From Adineta vaga (taxonomy: Eukaryota; Animalia; Rotifera): 64,000 nt of DNA. Under the pieces are notes generated by a model. The model saw nothing but the letters and a program-made list of their open reading frames with translations, ran no database searches and was not told where the DNA came from. The position numbers were made by a program, and so were the translations under genes. Shown in pieces: positions 1-11,443 of this stretch; position 1 is the first letter of the stretch, and each line of letters starts with the position of its first letter. The DNA lies in NCBI GenBank assembly GCA_021613535.1, contig CP075493.1, positions 13,206,001 through 13,270,000 of the forward strand, written 5' to 3'.

Positions 1-1065
1 ACTTCGTCTTGGTACAAAATTTACAAACACGATTTTGTTTTGTTACTCAACCACCAGGTAAACTCTTCATTCTCTTACTTTACATGATATACAAATAAAA
101 TAAATTCTTTCATAACAATAGAATTGACTACTAGTTCTGTGCAAACCTCAACTTACACTACAATGTTATATGACACTACACCAACAACGACTTCAACATG
201 GAATTCAACTGGCACTACTGTTGCGACTGGGAATGGAAATGCTAATATTCTTAATCCTTACGGTGTATTTGTTGATGATCAATATTATATATATGTTGCA
301 GAGAAAGAAAATAGTCGAATTTCTAAATGGCCTCCCAATGAAAACGGTTCAGCGTCTTCAGCAATCTTTCAAACAGCTAGTGGACAAATCGGTAAAACAC
401 CTAGTTTATATGTTGATAGTAATACAGGTGATATATATGTTGCGGATGAACCAAATCAACGCGTGGTACGTTTTCCGAACGGATCAACAATAGGTTTCAC
501 TATGGCAAGCATTCTTCTAGGTACACTACCTACCGTCTCAGGTATTTATTTGGATCCAAATGGAACTATTTTTATTACAGATACAGGTCGAAATCGTATC
601 TATAATTGGTTAACTAATCAGAGCGTTGTTGGTGGATATGGATCCGGCACCAATGTCAATCAATTGAATCAGCCAAAACGTTTTTTCATCGATAAAAACT
701 ACACATTTTATGTTACTGATTCGGGAAACAGTCGAATACAAAAATGGTTGAAAGGAGCAACATCAGGTCAAACAGTAGCTGGTGGTTTTGGTTCAGGTTC
801 AAATGCAAATCAATTAGGCGGACCTTTAGGTGTTGTTGTGGACAGTAAAGGAAATGTGTTGGTATGTGATTCAAACAACCATCGAGTGCAGATGTGGCGT
901 CCTGGTGCAGTTACAGGTCAAACCGTTGCAGGCAATGCAAATGGAGCATCAGGTTCAAGTCCAATGGCATTAAATTCACCTAAAGGAATTGCCATTGACA
1001 AAAGTGATAATTTTTATGTTGCTGATACTTCAAATTTGCGAATACAAAAGTTTAGTATTCTATAA
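1..1065 (+). CDS. NHL-repeat beta-propeller protein with Thr-rich stalk; 3' part of a gene starting upstream of the window (exon <1..57, intron 58..121, exon 122..1065)
   Basis: Repeated NHL motifs (LNQPKRFFID, YVTDSGNSRIQKW, YVADTSNLRIQKF). The GT-AG intron 58..121 joins ...FCFVTQPP-E-LTT in frame. Confidence 0.85.
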
Positions 1066-1691
1066 AGTTTTTTTCAATTAATAAATGTTTTGACTATTTG
1101 AAAGTAACAATAAGTCTTACAAGGATGTGCTTTTGATATGAAAAGGCGGTGGGTACATGAAGAATTATCATATCTACATTATTTAATTAGGCATTTTCCC
1201 ACCAAAATCACGTAGATCTACGGTGTTCTTTATGGTCGATTTTTAGTTTTCAAAAATAAGTTGAAATGAATTCAAAGAGTCCATTTTCCTAATTATATTC
1301 TAAAAAATCATAATTATTTAAAAAGTTAATCGAAGCATTACTGGATGAAATCTATTTTCTTCGTTCATAGTGAACGTACCAGGATAATCTCTGTTATATT
1401 TAAAGCATCAATTTATTCCAGAGATATAATCATCAAGAAATGATGATTATATCCATGTATTTATGGACTATTCTTTGATTCTCAATTCATTTCAATGGAT
1501 GAATCAACCATGTGGGTAATTATTTTTCACAATTACGTCATCAGTTTTGAAAGATCTTTATTGTTATTATCAGAAAGAAAAACTCTTAAAGGGATAATCT
1601 CACAGACGAACGTTTCTCTGTCGTACTCTGCCATACAATAACTTTGAGAAGGATATTTGCGATAAATACATAGATACATAGAAGAAATTAA

Positions 1692-2303
1692 ATGACTTCA
1701 ACACTGAAAAATAATACATTCGATTGGAATTTATCCGACTCGGTTTATGAGCTAGGAGCAACATTACGTTTTTGGCTTTTTCTCATCGTAAATGTGCCTT
1801 CGGTTTTCTGCACTATCTTTGTACTCTATCATCTATTGATAGAAAAAAATTTACGTCAAGCTCTTCATAATCATACAACAATCGTTCTACTTTCGTTCGG
1901 TTTAGTCTATGGTCTGATCGATATTCCAATGCATTTACAATTCTTTTGGTCAGGAATCGTTCGTCCAGCTACATCGACACTCAGTCTTTTCTGGTGATTT
2001 ATCGATTGGGGTTTCTTTTACAACAATTCAGTTTTACTAACATGGACATCGATGGAACGACATATTCTCACGTTTCATATGGGAATGTTAGGTACACGAC
2101 GAAAACGTCTATTGGTTCATTACATTCCATTGATATCGATCGTCATATTTACGATGACTTTCTACAGTGTAGCAATATTTGGAACATTTTGCGAGAATAC
2201 ATTCGATTATACAATGGATCTCTGTGGTTTATATGCATGCTATGCATCCATACCTTTTTTTCTGATATTTGAGCAAGTAGACTTTATAGAAATAAAAACT
2301 TGA
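1692..2303 (+). pseudogene. Rhodopsin-like GPCR pseudogene: in-frame TGA at 1995..1997, truncated after about TM4
   Basis: ORFs 1692..1997 and 2052..2303 share a frame. Read-through gives LFW*FIDWGFFYNNSVLLTWTSMERH (TM3/DRY-like ERH). TM5-7 are not found before the convergent gene. Confidence 0.75.
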
Positions 2304-2395
2304 TTTCTTTTTATTTATTATTTAATAAAAAGTATACTATATACAAATTATAAACTTTATTCAGCACAAGTCAATTCACATATCTTCCCTATTGA

Positions 2396-4198
2396 TTAGA
2401 GATGTGTTACCAAACTAGTCGTATCTGTTGAAGATTTAGAACTAATACCCCATTGCATTGTATATCGTTTGACTAAATCTCGTTGTAAATATAATACACT
2501 ATGTATACGATTATATTGAGTAGATGTAAGTAGACTTTGTATTTCAGTAATCCAACTATCAATTTGTTCATTAGTTATTGCTGCAAAACGATTCAATGTT
2601 TTACTCATCAAAACACGATCTGATGCTGACAATTTACTAAGATATCGTTCGAATTTTTTTGTTTGATGAATCGGATCAAATTTTCCGACTGATAAATGAT
2701 GTGTGTGAAATTTACCAGCAATAATACTAAGTCCATTGAGTTTACCCATACCGAAACATAAAGCATGATCAATCAAATGAATTTTAAATGTTGTTGCATC
2801 ATCTTCAATATCAGCTGTTTTTGGTATCGTAATTAATATATTTCGAGGATTACGATCAACATTTTGTATAATACGATCAAATAGATGCATACTTCCTAAT
2901 ATTGGATCAGTCAAAAGTTTTTTTCCTCGTTCTTTTGTTAAATCCATGAATGTCAAACATTTTTCATCTTTTCCAGCAACATCAGTATGTAAAGTCACGA
3001 GATTATTTTCATAAACAGCAATTTGTACTTGATTAATAGGTAAACCTATTTGTACACCTAAAACATAAGCTAACCATTCGTTAGCAGCACAGATGGGAAG
3101 ATCTTGTGTTTTCATTAATATTCGTCGATCTTGTAAATCACGCATCCAAACGGATGGACTGTTAAATCCTGCATCAGCATTTGCACCTTCATATTTCCAA
3201 TCGGATGTAATTTCAACGAATGGCGATTTAATAGAATTCTTTGTAGGTTGTTGAGGATCGTCTGAACTGTTGTCATTAGGTTTCGTTGCTTTTCTTTTTA
3301 CAGCTTCGATAATAGTTTCCTGAACATGTCTGCCTTTTGCTAATGCATCTGCCAATGTTAATGGACCGGTAGCAACAATTTTAAAAGGACCACGTAAACA
3401 ACTGACAATATTATTGGCAAGACGTATTTTTCCATCGCATTGCGGTCTATTACTTGGATCGATAATATCTTCGTCTTCTTTATCTTCTGAAGATATTTCA
3501 TGATTACGAAGATCGATAATTCCAGGACTCATTTGTTTAACAAGTAAACCAGACAATGCTGGTGAACTGCTTAATAGTACCGTATCGAATTCTCGAGGAG
3601 TACTAGCACGTGATGATGATTGATCAGCTGAAGATTTAGATACGATACTCATCAATGGAGATGTTGCTCTAACGGATAGGTTGTCGTTTACCAGATTAGT
3701 ACGTAGCTGTTCTTGTGATGATAATACTTTCATATTATTAGAAATGATTTCTGCCAATTTTAATTTTTGTTCATCAATATCTTTTTGTAATTGTTTGATT
3801 TTAATATTAACATCATCGTCGATATTATTTGCCATTGTAATCAATTGTTCTCTCCAATCTTCTTGATCTTCATTCGTACAATCTTGTATTTGTCTTTCAA
3901 TCAGATGAACTGTTTTGTCAATTTCATCTGATTTCATTTTAAATTCATAAATACCTTTTATTGAATCTAATATATCATCTGCTGATAATTGAGATATTAA
4001 GGATTTTAAATTTTGTTTCAATAATTCATGGGTTTGAAATACATATTCAAAAACTTCTTGCACTCGAGTTTTTTGTTCATCAACATCGTCCATAAAGTTA
4101 TTGGTATCTAAAGATGCATGGAGTTGATTCGTGATTGCTTGTACATCACGCACATTAAATTCGTTCGATGATTCTTCCGTAGAATTTAGAGAAACCAT
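2396..4198 (-). CDS. Intronless coiled-coil + HipA/PI3-PI4-kinase-like atypical kinase, 600 aa
   Basis: N-terminal heptad-rich region and Ser-rich linker. C-terminal kinase motifs: RILMK (Lys), AANEWLA (alphaC Glu), NVDRNPRNIL (catalytic loop), LIDHALCF (metal-binding loop). Confidence 0.8.
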   Translation of the reverse strand: MVSLNSTEESSNEFNVRDVQAITNQLHASLDTNNFMDDVDEQKTRVQEVFEYVFQTHELLKQNLKSLISQLSADDILDSIKGIYEFKMKSDEIDKTVHLIERQIQDCTNEDQEDWREQLITMANNIDDDVNIKIKQLQKDIDEQKLKLAEIISNNMKVLSSQEQLRTNLVNDNLSVRATSPLMSIVSKSSADQSSSRASTPREFDTVLLSSSPALSGLLVKQMSPGIIDLRNHEISSEDKEDEDIIDPSNRPQCDGKIRLANNIVSCLRGPFKIVATGPLTLADALAKGRHVQETIIEAVKRKATKPNDNSSDDPQQPTKNSIKSPFVEITSDWKYEGANADAGFNSPSVWMRDLQDRRILMKTQDLPICAANEWLAYVLGVQIGLPINQVQIAVYENNLVTLHTDVAGKDEKCLTFMDLTKERGKKLLTDPILGSMHLFDRIIQNVDRNPRNILITIPKTADIEDDATTFKIHLIDHALCFGMGKLNGLSIIAGKFHTHHLSVGKFDPIHQTKKFERYLSKLSASDRVLMSKTLNRFAAITNEQIDSWITEIQSLLTSTQYNRIHSVLYLQRDLVKRYTMQWGISSKSSTDTTSLVTHL

Positions 4199-5692
4199 TA
4201 TTAAAAGAAATAAGTGTTTACGAAAATCTAAATAAGAAACGGTAACGTCATTAACATATATACGAGCGTCATGAATGTAATGACGTTATATTCTCGTGAC
4301 AAAACGAAATTTGTAGAATCTACGAGTCTAATGAAAAGAATAGACAAAGATAAATGCATATAATCGCACATGTGATGATCAATGAGATAGATTATACACA
4401 AAACCGATAGAATAGGTAATCCAGTTTATAAAATAACATCGGTAAAAAAAACATCGTCCACAAAAAAATATCACCTCATTATCGTATTGGTTGTAATATA
4501 ATGACTCAATTAGAGTTAAAGTCATGATTTCAAATATTTATAAAGTCAATCCGTACAAAAAGACGAATATGTAGTATATAGTAACATAAACTAGACTTTG
4601 TGATATAAGATTATAAGCGTGTATTAAATCAAAGTAGAATATCAAGAGATTCTATCATTTGATATTCAGCGACAATCCATTCAATCACGCTTAGAACTCC
4701 AAAAACGTAAACATTGATATATAGGACCAAAGATGATTCTTGCCGATATAAATGAACAACAGTCAGATTTTTACGTACAGGAAATGTCTATGAAACGATG
4801 AATTGAGTTTAACTTACGATTCTGATCTTACTTGAATAGCTAGTTGAACGAACTAATCCCTAAAATTTCGTTCATATTTCTGACAGATTTCAATCGTACA
4901 GTTGTTTCTGTCGATGGAATAACAGCTAGGCACTACCATTCGTTTGAAATATACGTTGACAAATCAGAATCAGATATATCATAATGATCTGTTACTTCAT
5001 CCTGATAAGTTTCATTGAATGAGTACGTTTATATACAAAAAGAAATCATTATCTAAGATTATTAATAAAATAATCCGATAACGGATCGAAGTTTTGATTT
5101 GATGGTGAAACTATCGAATGCACATGATTACTAGTTGCTTTTTTGGAGATGTTCGATTGTTCCGTGAGGATGTGAGCTTTCTATTTATTGAAATTTTCTC
5201 GTAGACTTACGTCAATAATAAAGAAAAGAACTGAGCATGGTTATATTTATTATCGTAAGCGTTGATTTCGTCGATAGTCAAGTTACTGCTATAAACTAAG
5301 TGGAATTCGCATAATATTTATGGCGAACATTATATGGTTTCGATACCAGTGACTTTACGGCATAGGAGTATTGAACAAGTGCCCTGCTAATTATCAATTA
5401 TAAACTGCAAAATATGATATATGCATTCTTTTTCTGTTAATGTTTTTTCTAAATTGCTTAATAAGAAAATCAGGGTGAATCATTATTCGATGTAAGGGAC
5501 TATATATACCTTTGATCATACTCTCGGCATCATTTTTATTTTCTATTCTGTTACTTCTTACTAATGTTTATTGACAATAACTCATACTTTCATATTTTAC
5601 TTTTCAAACGCATGTTGCATTTTGTTAAAGTCGTTCTCTTACCCATTCTTAACTGATAAATACACAGACATCACTATTCACAACTGAAATAA

Positions 5693-6545
5693 ATGGCAAC
5701 ATCAAATGGTAAAAGTCATTGTAAAATATGTGATCAAGAAAAACGAACTGTCAAATGTGAAGGTTGTCTACAATCATTTTGTTACACCCATATAACTGAT
5801 CATCGACAAGAACTAAATACTGAACTAGATAATATTGAAAATAATCGCGATCTTTTTCTTCAAACATTGAATGAACATATAAATAATCCATGTACAGAAG
5901 AAATGTTACAAAAGATTAATGATTGGGAAAAAGAATCAGTTAACAAAATTCAACAGACAGCAAATGAATGTCGAACATTAGTTGCCGAATATATACATAA
6001 AAATATTTCTGAAATCGAAAATCAACTAAAAGAATTTACCGATCAAATAAGAAATATTCGTAAAGAAGATGATTTTAATGAAATTGATTTGAACGAATTT
6101 GGTGAAAAATTAAAACAATTACAACAACAACTTCATCAACCTTCTAATTTTTCAATTCAACAAAAATCGACACCATTTGTGAAGGAAATGTCTGTTATTG
6201 TATCTTCTGGTAAATCAGTTCTTTATCTTTTTATTTACCAAAAAAAAATGAAATTCTGTATTTTTTGAGCAGAGCAAATGAACAGAACAGTTGATTTTTC
6301 AATGTCTCATCTTACGTTAAAGTAAATCTATACAGTATTATATCTGTTTATTGTACCAATCTTTATTCTATTTTACAGAGCACCACAACAGAAAGAATCA
6401 ACGAGTTTTGAACACTAATCATTCTTCGAACGATACTATGGATAATGATGATCTCTTGAAAGTGTGCCCAATGTGTTACTGGGAATTTTCATTACACTTC
6501 TTGATATCTGCTAAACAAGAACACATAGAAAATCATTTTTCATAG
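5693..6545 (+). CDS. B-box-like zinc finger + coiled-coil protein with a C-terminal UBZ-like C2H2 finger exon; splicing uncertain
   Basis: CKIC..CEGC..FC..H..DH followed by a coiled coil. Donor GT at 6210. Splicing to the AG at 6377-6378 keeps frame into CPMCYWEF...QEHIENHF*. Confidence 0.65.
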
Positions 6546-6747
6546 TGGAGTTAACAGAAAAAGTACTATCGAAAATAATCCAAACATACAAAGCTGCATT
6601 ATAAATATTTATGAGAGTTCAAAAATACGTTAGTGAAACCATGATGGAAAATTACTGCACATTTTTAATGTTTTTCATTAACAAGCATCTGTTTGAGTTT
6701 TCTCAATGCTTTCGTTCATCTCTTTTTCACTATCATATCAACTAAAT

Positions 6748-6940
6748 AAATTAATTGTAAATGAGCATTAATTGGCAAGTCGTAAATTCAAGATGATGTT
6801 TTTCAAATAAATATCAATCGAAATTACATAGTAAATCATCGATCACGGATTGAATCAGTGTACTGCACAACAGAATCAAATGATATGAGTATAACAATAG
6901 GATCGAGCGAGAAAATTTCTTTGAGTCTGAAGTGAATATA
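6748..6940 (+). repeat. Copy 1 of a ~190-bp diverged direct repeat (copy 2 at 8534..8727)
   Basis: ggattgaatcagtgtactgcacaacagaatcaaatgatatgagtataacaatagga versus ggattaaatcagtgtactgtacgtcaagaatcaaatcatatgagtatagcaatagga, with homology extending on both sides. Confidence 0.85.
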
Positions 6941-7499
6941 ATAGTACAAACATCCGCCTCTTTCGAAATTCTAATTGAGTTTCTAATAATATTCAACAAA
7001 AGATGTTTTATATGATTTCATGTTAGGTAGGACAAATTCTTCGAGTAGAAAAGAACTCTTACGACGTTTCACTTTGTCTTATGTTCTTTGAGGTTATATT
7101 CTTTGTATAGATGGAAAGTTCTTGTTTCATGTCAAATTTGTTTAAATATAGTAGATCTACTGCGAAGACCTTTTTAGTTTCCGCTTCTTTCATAATAAAT
7201 TGTGTAGTCTACCTTTTTGTCGATTATTTTAAAAAGAAGCATGTCAGGAAAAAGAAAAAGTGCGCAAGATAATAATTAAAATGTATATTAATCAACTTCG
7301 CAATGTGATTATAAATCTGGGAAGATAGAAGTGAAACAAGCGAAACGGTTGGAGCACACAATAGGTAGTCTCATGCACATTTCCTTTATATTTTACTAGT
7401 GAAAGAAAATATGACAGAATGAAAGCATCTCGGTACTAGTATAAGATACGTTATTTTCTCTTTTATTCATCTATTCTCGATCAAAATTCATTTCTAGAT

Positions 7500-8471
7500 A
7501 TGTCATCACAATTTCAAATCAGTGATTCGACAATACTATTACAACTCGTACAAAAATATCTATTTCAATATGGTGGATTGATCATGGTAATTTTAGGCTT
7601 TATCAGTTGTGTATTTTGTTGGATCGTCTTTAACAAAAAGACTCTTCGCAAAAATCCATTTTCAATCTACATGACCGCTTTTCATATTTCTAATTTTACA
7701 AACATCCTTACACTCATACTACCAGCTACTTTATCAATTGGTTATGGCATGATATTTGTTACAAGTACATTAGGTCTTTGTCGATTTGCTCTGTATATGG
7801 GTTTTGTCTTAGATCTCGTAAGCCCTAGTTGTTTAGTTTTGGCTTCAATTGATCGACTTCTAATCACTTCACCAAATGCTTTGACAAGACAACGAAGTAC
7901 CTGTCGTTTTGCTTCCATCAGTCTCATTTGCATCTCATTACTATGGTGCTTATTTCATAGTCATGCATTGATCTGGATGTATCTTATTCAGGTTGGGCCA
8001 AATCTTGTTATTTGTTATACACAATCTCCAGCATATATCACAATCATCAGTTATTACACGCTTATAAAGAGCACTGTTATTCCATCGCTTTTGGCAAGTT
8101 TAGGCATTTTGGCAATCAGAAATGTTCGAAAGATAGGTAAGAATATCGTTGCTGCTGGTGCATCGACAATGCACATAGGAAATCGTCGTGCTATTCAATC
8201 AGTTCATTCGCAAGATAGACAGCTAGTTCGTATTCTTCTGATTGATATTGGAATCTATGTGATATGCACATATCCACAAACAGCATTTACCTTATATCTA
8301 CAAATTACTCAATATAGTATGAAAACTATTGATCATCGACAAGCGGACGCTTCAATTCAAAATCTTTGTTCATTTTGTGGTTTTATTCCATATTGTATTG
8401 GTTTCTACAGCAACTTATCCGTTTCGAAAACGTTCCGAAAAGAAGTGAAAAAAATATTTTCATGCAAATAA
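7500..8471 (+). CDS. Intronless rhodopsin-like 7TM GPCR, 323 aa
   Basis: Seven hydrophobic segments, LASIDR at the end of TM3, and terminal SKTFRKEV helix 8. Confidence 0.9.
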   Translation: MSSQFQISDSTILLQLVQKYLFQYGGLIMVILGFISCVFCWIVFNKKTLRKNPFSIYMTAFHISNFTNILTLILPATLSIGYGMIFVTSTLGLCRFALYMGFVLDLVSPSCLVLASIDRLLITSPNALTRQRSTCRFASISLICISLLWCLFHSHALIWMYLIQVGPNLVICYTQSPAYITIISYYTLIKSTVIPSLLASLGILAIRNVRKIGKNIVAAGASTMHIGNRRAIQSVHSQDRQLVRILLIDIGIYVICTYPQTAFTLYLQITQYSMKTIDHRQADASIQNLCSFCGFIPYCIGFYSNLSVSKTFRKEVKKIFSCK

Positions 8472-8533
8472 ATATACTACATGGTCAAAGAACATGAAAT
8501 GTAATAGAGAACTTTGTACGAATATATTTTGTA

Positions 8534-8727
8534 GAATTAATTGTAAACGAAACTTATTTGACAAATATTAAATCAAAAATGATATTTTTCTAATAAATAT
8601 CAATCAAAAGTATTTAATAAATCATCCATCATGGATTAAATCAGTGTACTGTACGTCAAGAATCAAATCATATGAGTATAGCAATAGGATTGAAAGAGAT
8701 AACTCCTTTGAGTATGAAGTGAATATT
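8534..8727 (+). repeat. Copy 2 of the ~190-bp direct repeat (3' flank of the GPCR)
   Basis: See copy 1 at 6748..6940. Confidence 0.85.
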
Positions 8728-8822
8728 TATCAACTATAACTTCTATATTTATTATATATGAAAAGATCATTCAAATCGTCATGGTCAATTCGCTGATATT
8801 TAATGGAATGTCTAGGAGACTG

Positions 8823-10777
8823 TTACGTCATTGTTGTATTCTGTTGTCGTCTCTTTTTAATTTGTAAAAAGATAATTATAGTAGCGGTTGCCAGTATCCA
8901 CAACAATATACTTATAATTGATAGAGCAAGTGCAGCTTGAGATTGTCTCGACGTAGATACTGCATTAGTAGATGATTGATCAGTACTGTCTTCTGTCGGA
9001 GCATTCTTGTGCATTGTTTGATTTCTTATATCGATCGTAAAAAATGGTGGTGATACAACGGATGGTAATTCTCGAATATCATCAAACTTTTCAAATTTCA
9101 AACAAATATATAATAAACAGCTTCCTTCTGTTGCACCCATTACATACACACTGTAACCAGGTAAACAGTCTTTCTTACTATTGTTGAAAGCAATGTTTCC
9201 ATATTCACAGGAATAGATGCCACCATAATGAGGTAAACTATCGATATTGGAAACACTTTCAGCTAAACATATTGTCATATCATCAGTTACTCTGACTTTT
9301 GTAAACTTTTCACTGGAACAATGACTTGTTCCAGTTACTGGATTAACTTTTGTCGATGTGAATGAACCACCGTATACATATCTATTGTTAACTTTCAGAA
9401 TACCAGACAAAGTTCTTTCCTGATGATTATTTCTATTACAACCATATAAAATTGATTCACGTTGACCAATTCCATCGACGACATCCGAACAACATTTTGA
9501 CAACCAGAGAAAACCACAATCATGACATTTTCGTATGAATTTGTTTTCGATCTGTATTGACTGATGCAAAATAGATTTCTTGAAATCAGGTGGACAATCG
9601 TTAGTTCCCGTATAAAAGTTTCTCAGTCGGTATCGATCACATTTTCTAAATAGAAAAGAATTATGATCTTATCATCTTTTCAATATTCTTGAAAAGAGTC
9701 TTACTGAATCAAATGAGGATGTTCGGAACAAGTACGAATAAATCCACCAAATTAAGTATTTTCTTCGATTGGTGCACACGAACTATCATCAACATTTGCA
9801 ATCCAATTAAACGAAGGAGAACTCCGTTTCATGCAACCCTTAATTAAATTCATTTCGACATATGTCTCAACTGCTTGATTGATTTTTTCTCTCACATATG
9901 CTAAGTCAATTTCTGATAATTCAGGAATTTTGTCCGATTGAATAAAAAATGTAATATTTTCAGTTGCACGTCGTATTATGGCTGGTCTTTCTTCGACAGA
10001 TGCTTGCCAATTTGACATATGTTGTCCTAATAGAGAGACTTTTCCACATTTTGAATTAATGATTTTTCGAACGATTTTCTTTTTCGAAGCTTCAGCTGCA
10101 GCACGATAACTAGTCTTTTCTGTTTCTGATGTTTGATACGTTGATTCATCTATGAAATCTTCTTCAGTAATCGATCCACCTAAATGTAATCGAGTGGTAA
10201 GATGTGTACCATACTTTTTAACAAAAAGTTGAGCTGCATAAGTAGCCATTGTTGATTCTTGAGCATTATGATATTCAGCTATCTCTATAAGATCATGTTT
10301 AACTTGTGGACTCAATGGACATGACGGTTGAAGAACAACATCAACCATAACATAATCAATTTGATTTCTTAACATAATCGTTTTTTGCGTTCCTTGTTCT
10401 TTTTTTGCTCGTTGGAATTCATGAGAATATGATCCACTAATTTTGAACCCATAGTATCCAACACTACCACCGATAAAAATATTCGAGGAATACTCAGTGG
10501 TACGTTCATCAAACAGATCGATGCTAACAGATCCTAATTCAATTTTATTTTCATGCACTGGAATCATTTCAATACATGATTGAAATACCTTCGAATTATT
10601 AAAATTAGATATATCAAAGATAGGACTCATTTCCATGAATCTTAAATTATCCCAACCAAAACCCGGATAGATATCGACCTGCAAGGATTTATCACCATTG
10701 GTCTCGATATAATCGACGACAATCAATACAAGAAAATATATTTCAAATCTCATCACTATCAGTATCTCAATGTACAC
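8823..10777 (-). pseudogene. Perforin-2/MPEG1-like MACPF protein (signal, MACPF, P2-like Cys-rich domain, TM) interrupted by an in-frame TAA at 9754..9752; intron 9646..9704
   Basis: YPGFGWDNLR (MPEG1 N-terminal motif) and YGTHLTTRLHLGG (MACPF signature). Read-through ENT*FGGFIRTC, then spliced NFYTGTNDCPP and NPVTGTSHC motifs, and a C-terminal TM followed by KKRR. Confidence 0.85.
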
Positions 10778-11443
10778 TGTAACCTCGTAAATATATATTG
10801 CGAATGATAAAACGCCAAAAATATTTCAAGTGGACGCATCTCTCGATGATAAATGTCTTGTTTTAACTACATACCCATAATAATAAAAGTCGATTTCTGT
10901 CTGAAGTTTTATTATTCATTACTCTGATTTATGAATATTTTATTTGCTATCATGAATAGAATACACTTTTTGCATCTATTTTTTGTAAAGAAAATATGTT
11001 TTTCTCTTTGTTACTGCACAGTAACTGTGGAAATAATTATGAACCAAGTATTTTCTTTGCTTCCTACATATAATCTGTAACGATGTAGAATGTATTCTGA
11101 ATGAGAAATAAAACAAAGAAGGAAAAACTTTGTAGTCATCAATAAATTTAGACTACTTACAATGCAACTTCATTTTTTTTTCATTATCTTTTCGAAAAAC
11201 AAACACGTATAAAAATCGTTCACTCTTACAATATTTCAACATTTAACATGACTCTTCTATCATACGGAAGAGGAATGTTTCTACTTGAATGATTTCAATT
11301 TCAATTTCATTGTCATGTTTGAAATAATGAAGGAAACTATAAGCTATTCATATTTCTTTCAAGAACATATCCAACACCGGTCATAATAATCAAAAAACGT
11401 CAAAAGGTAGAAAATAAATTTCCTTGGAACCATTTTCATCAAT

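Noticed and set aside
1995-1997. TGA as selenocysteine in the GPCR
   Set aside because: The context suggests a Trp codon, the gene is truncated, and no SECIS-like structure was seen.
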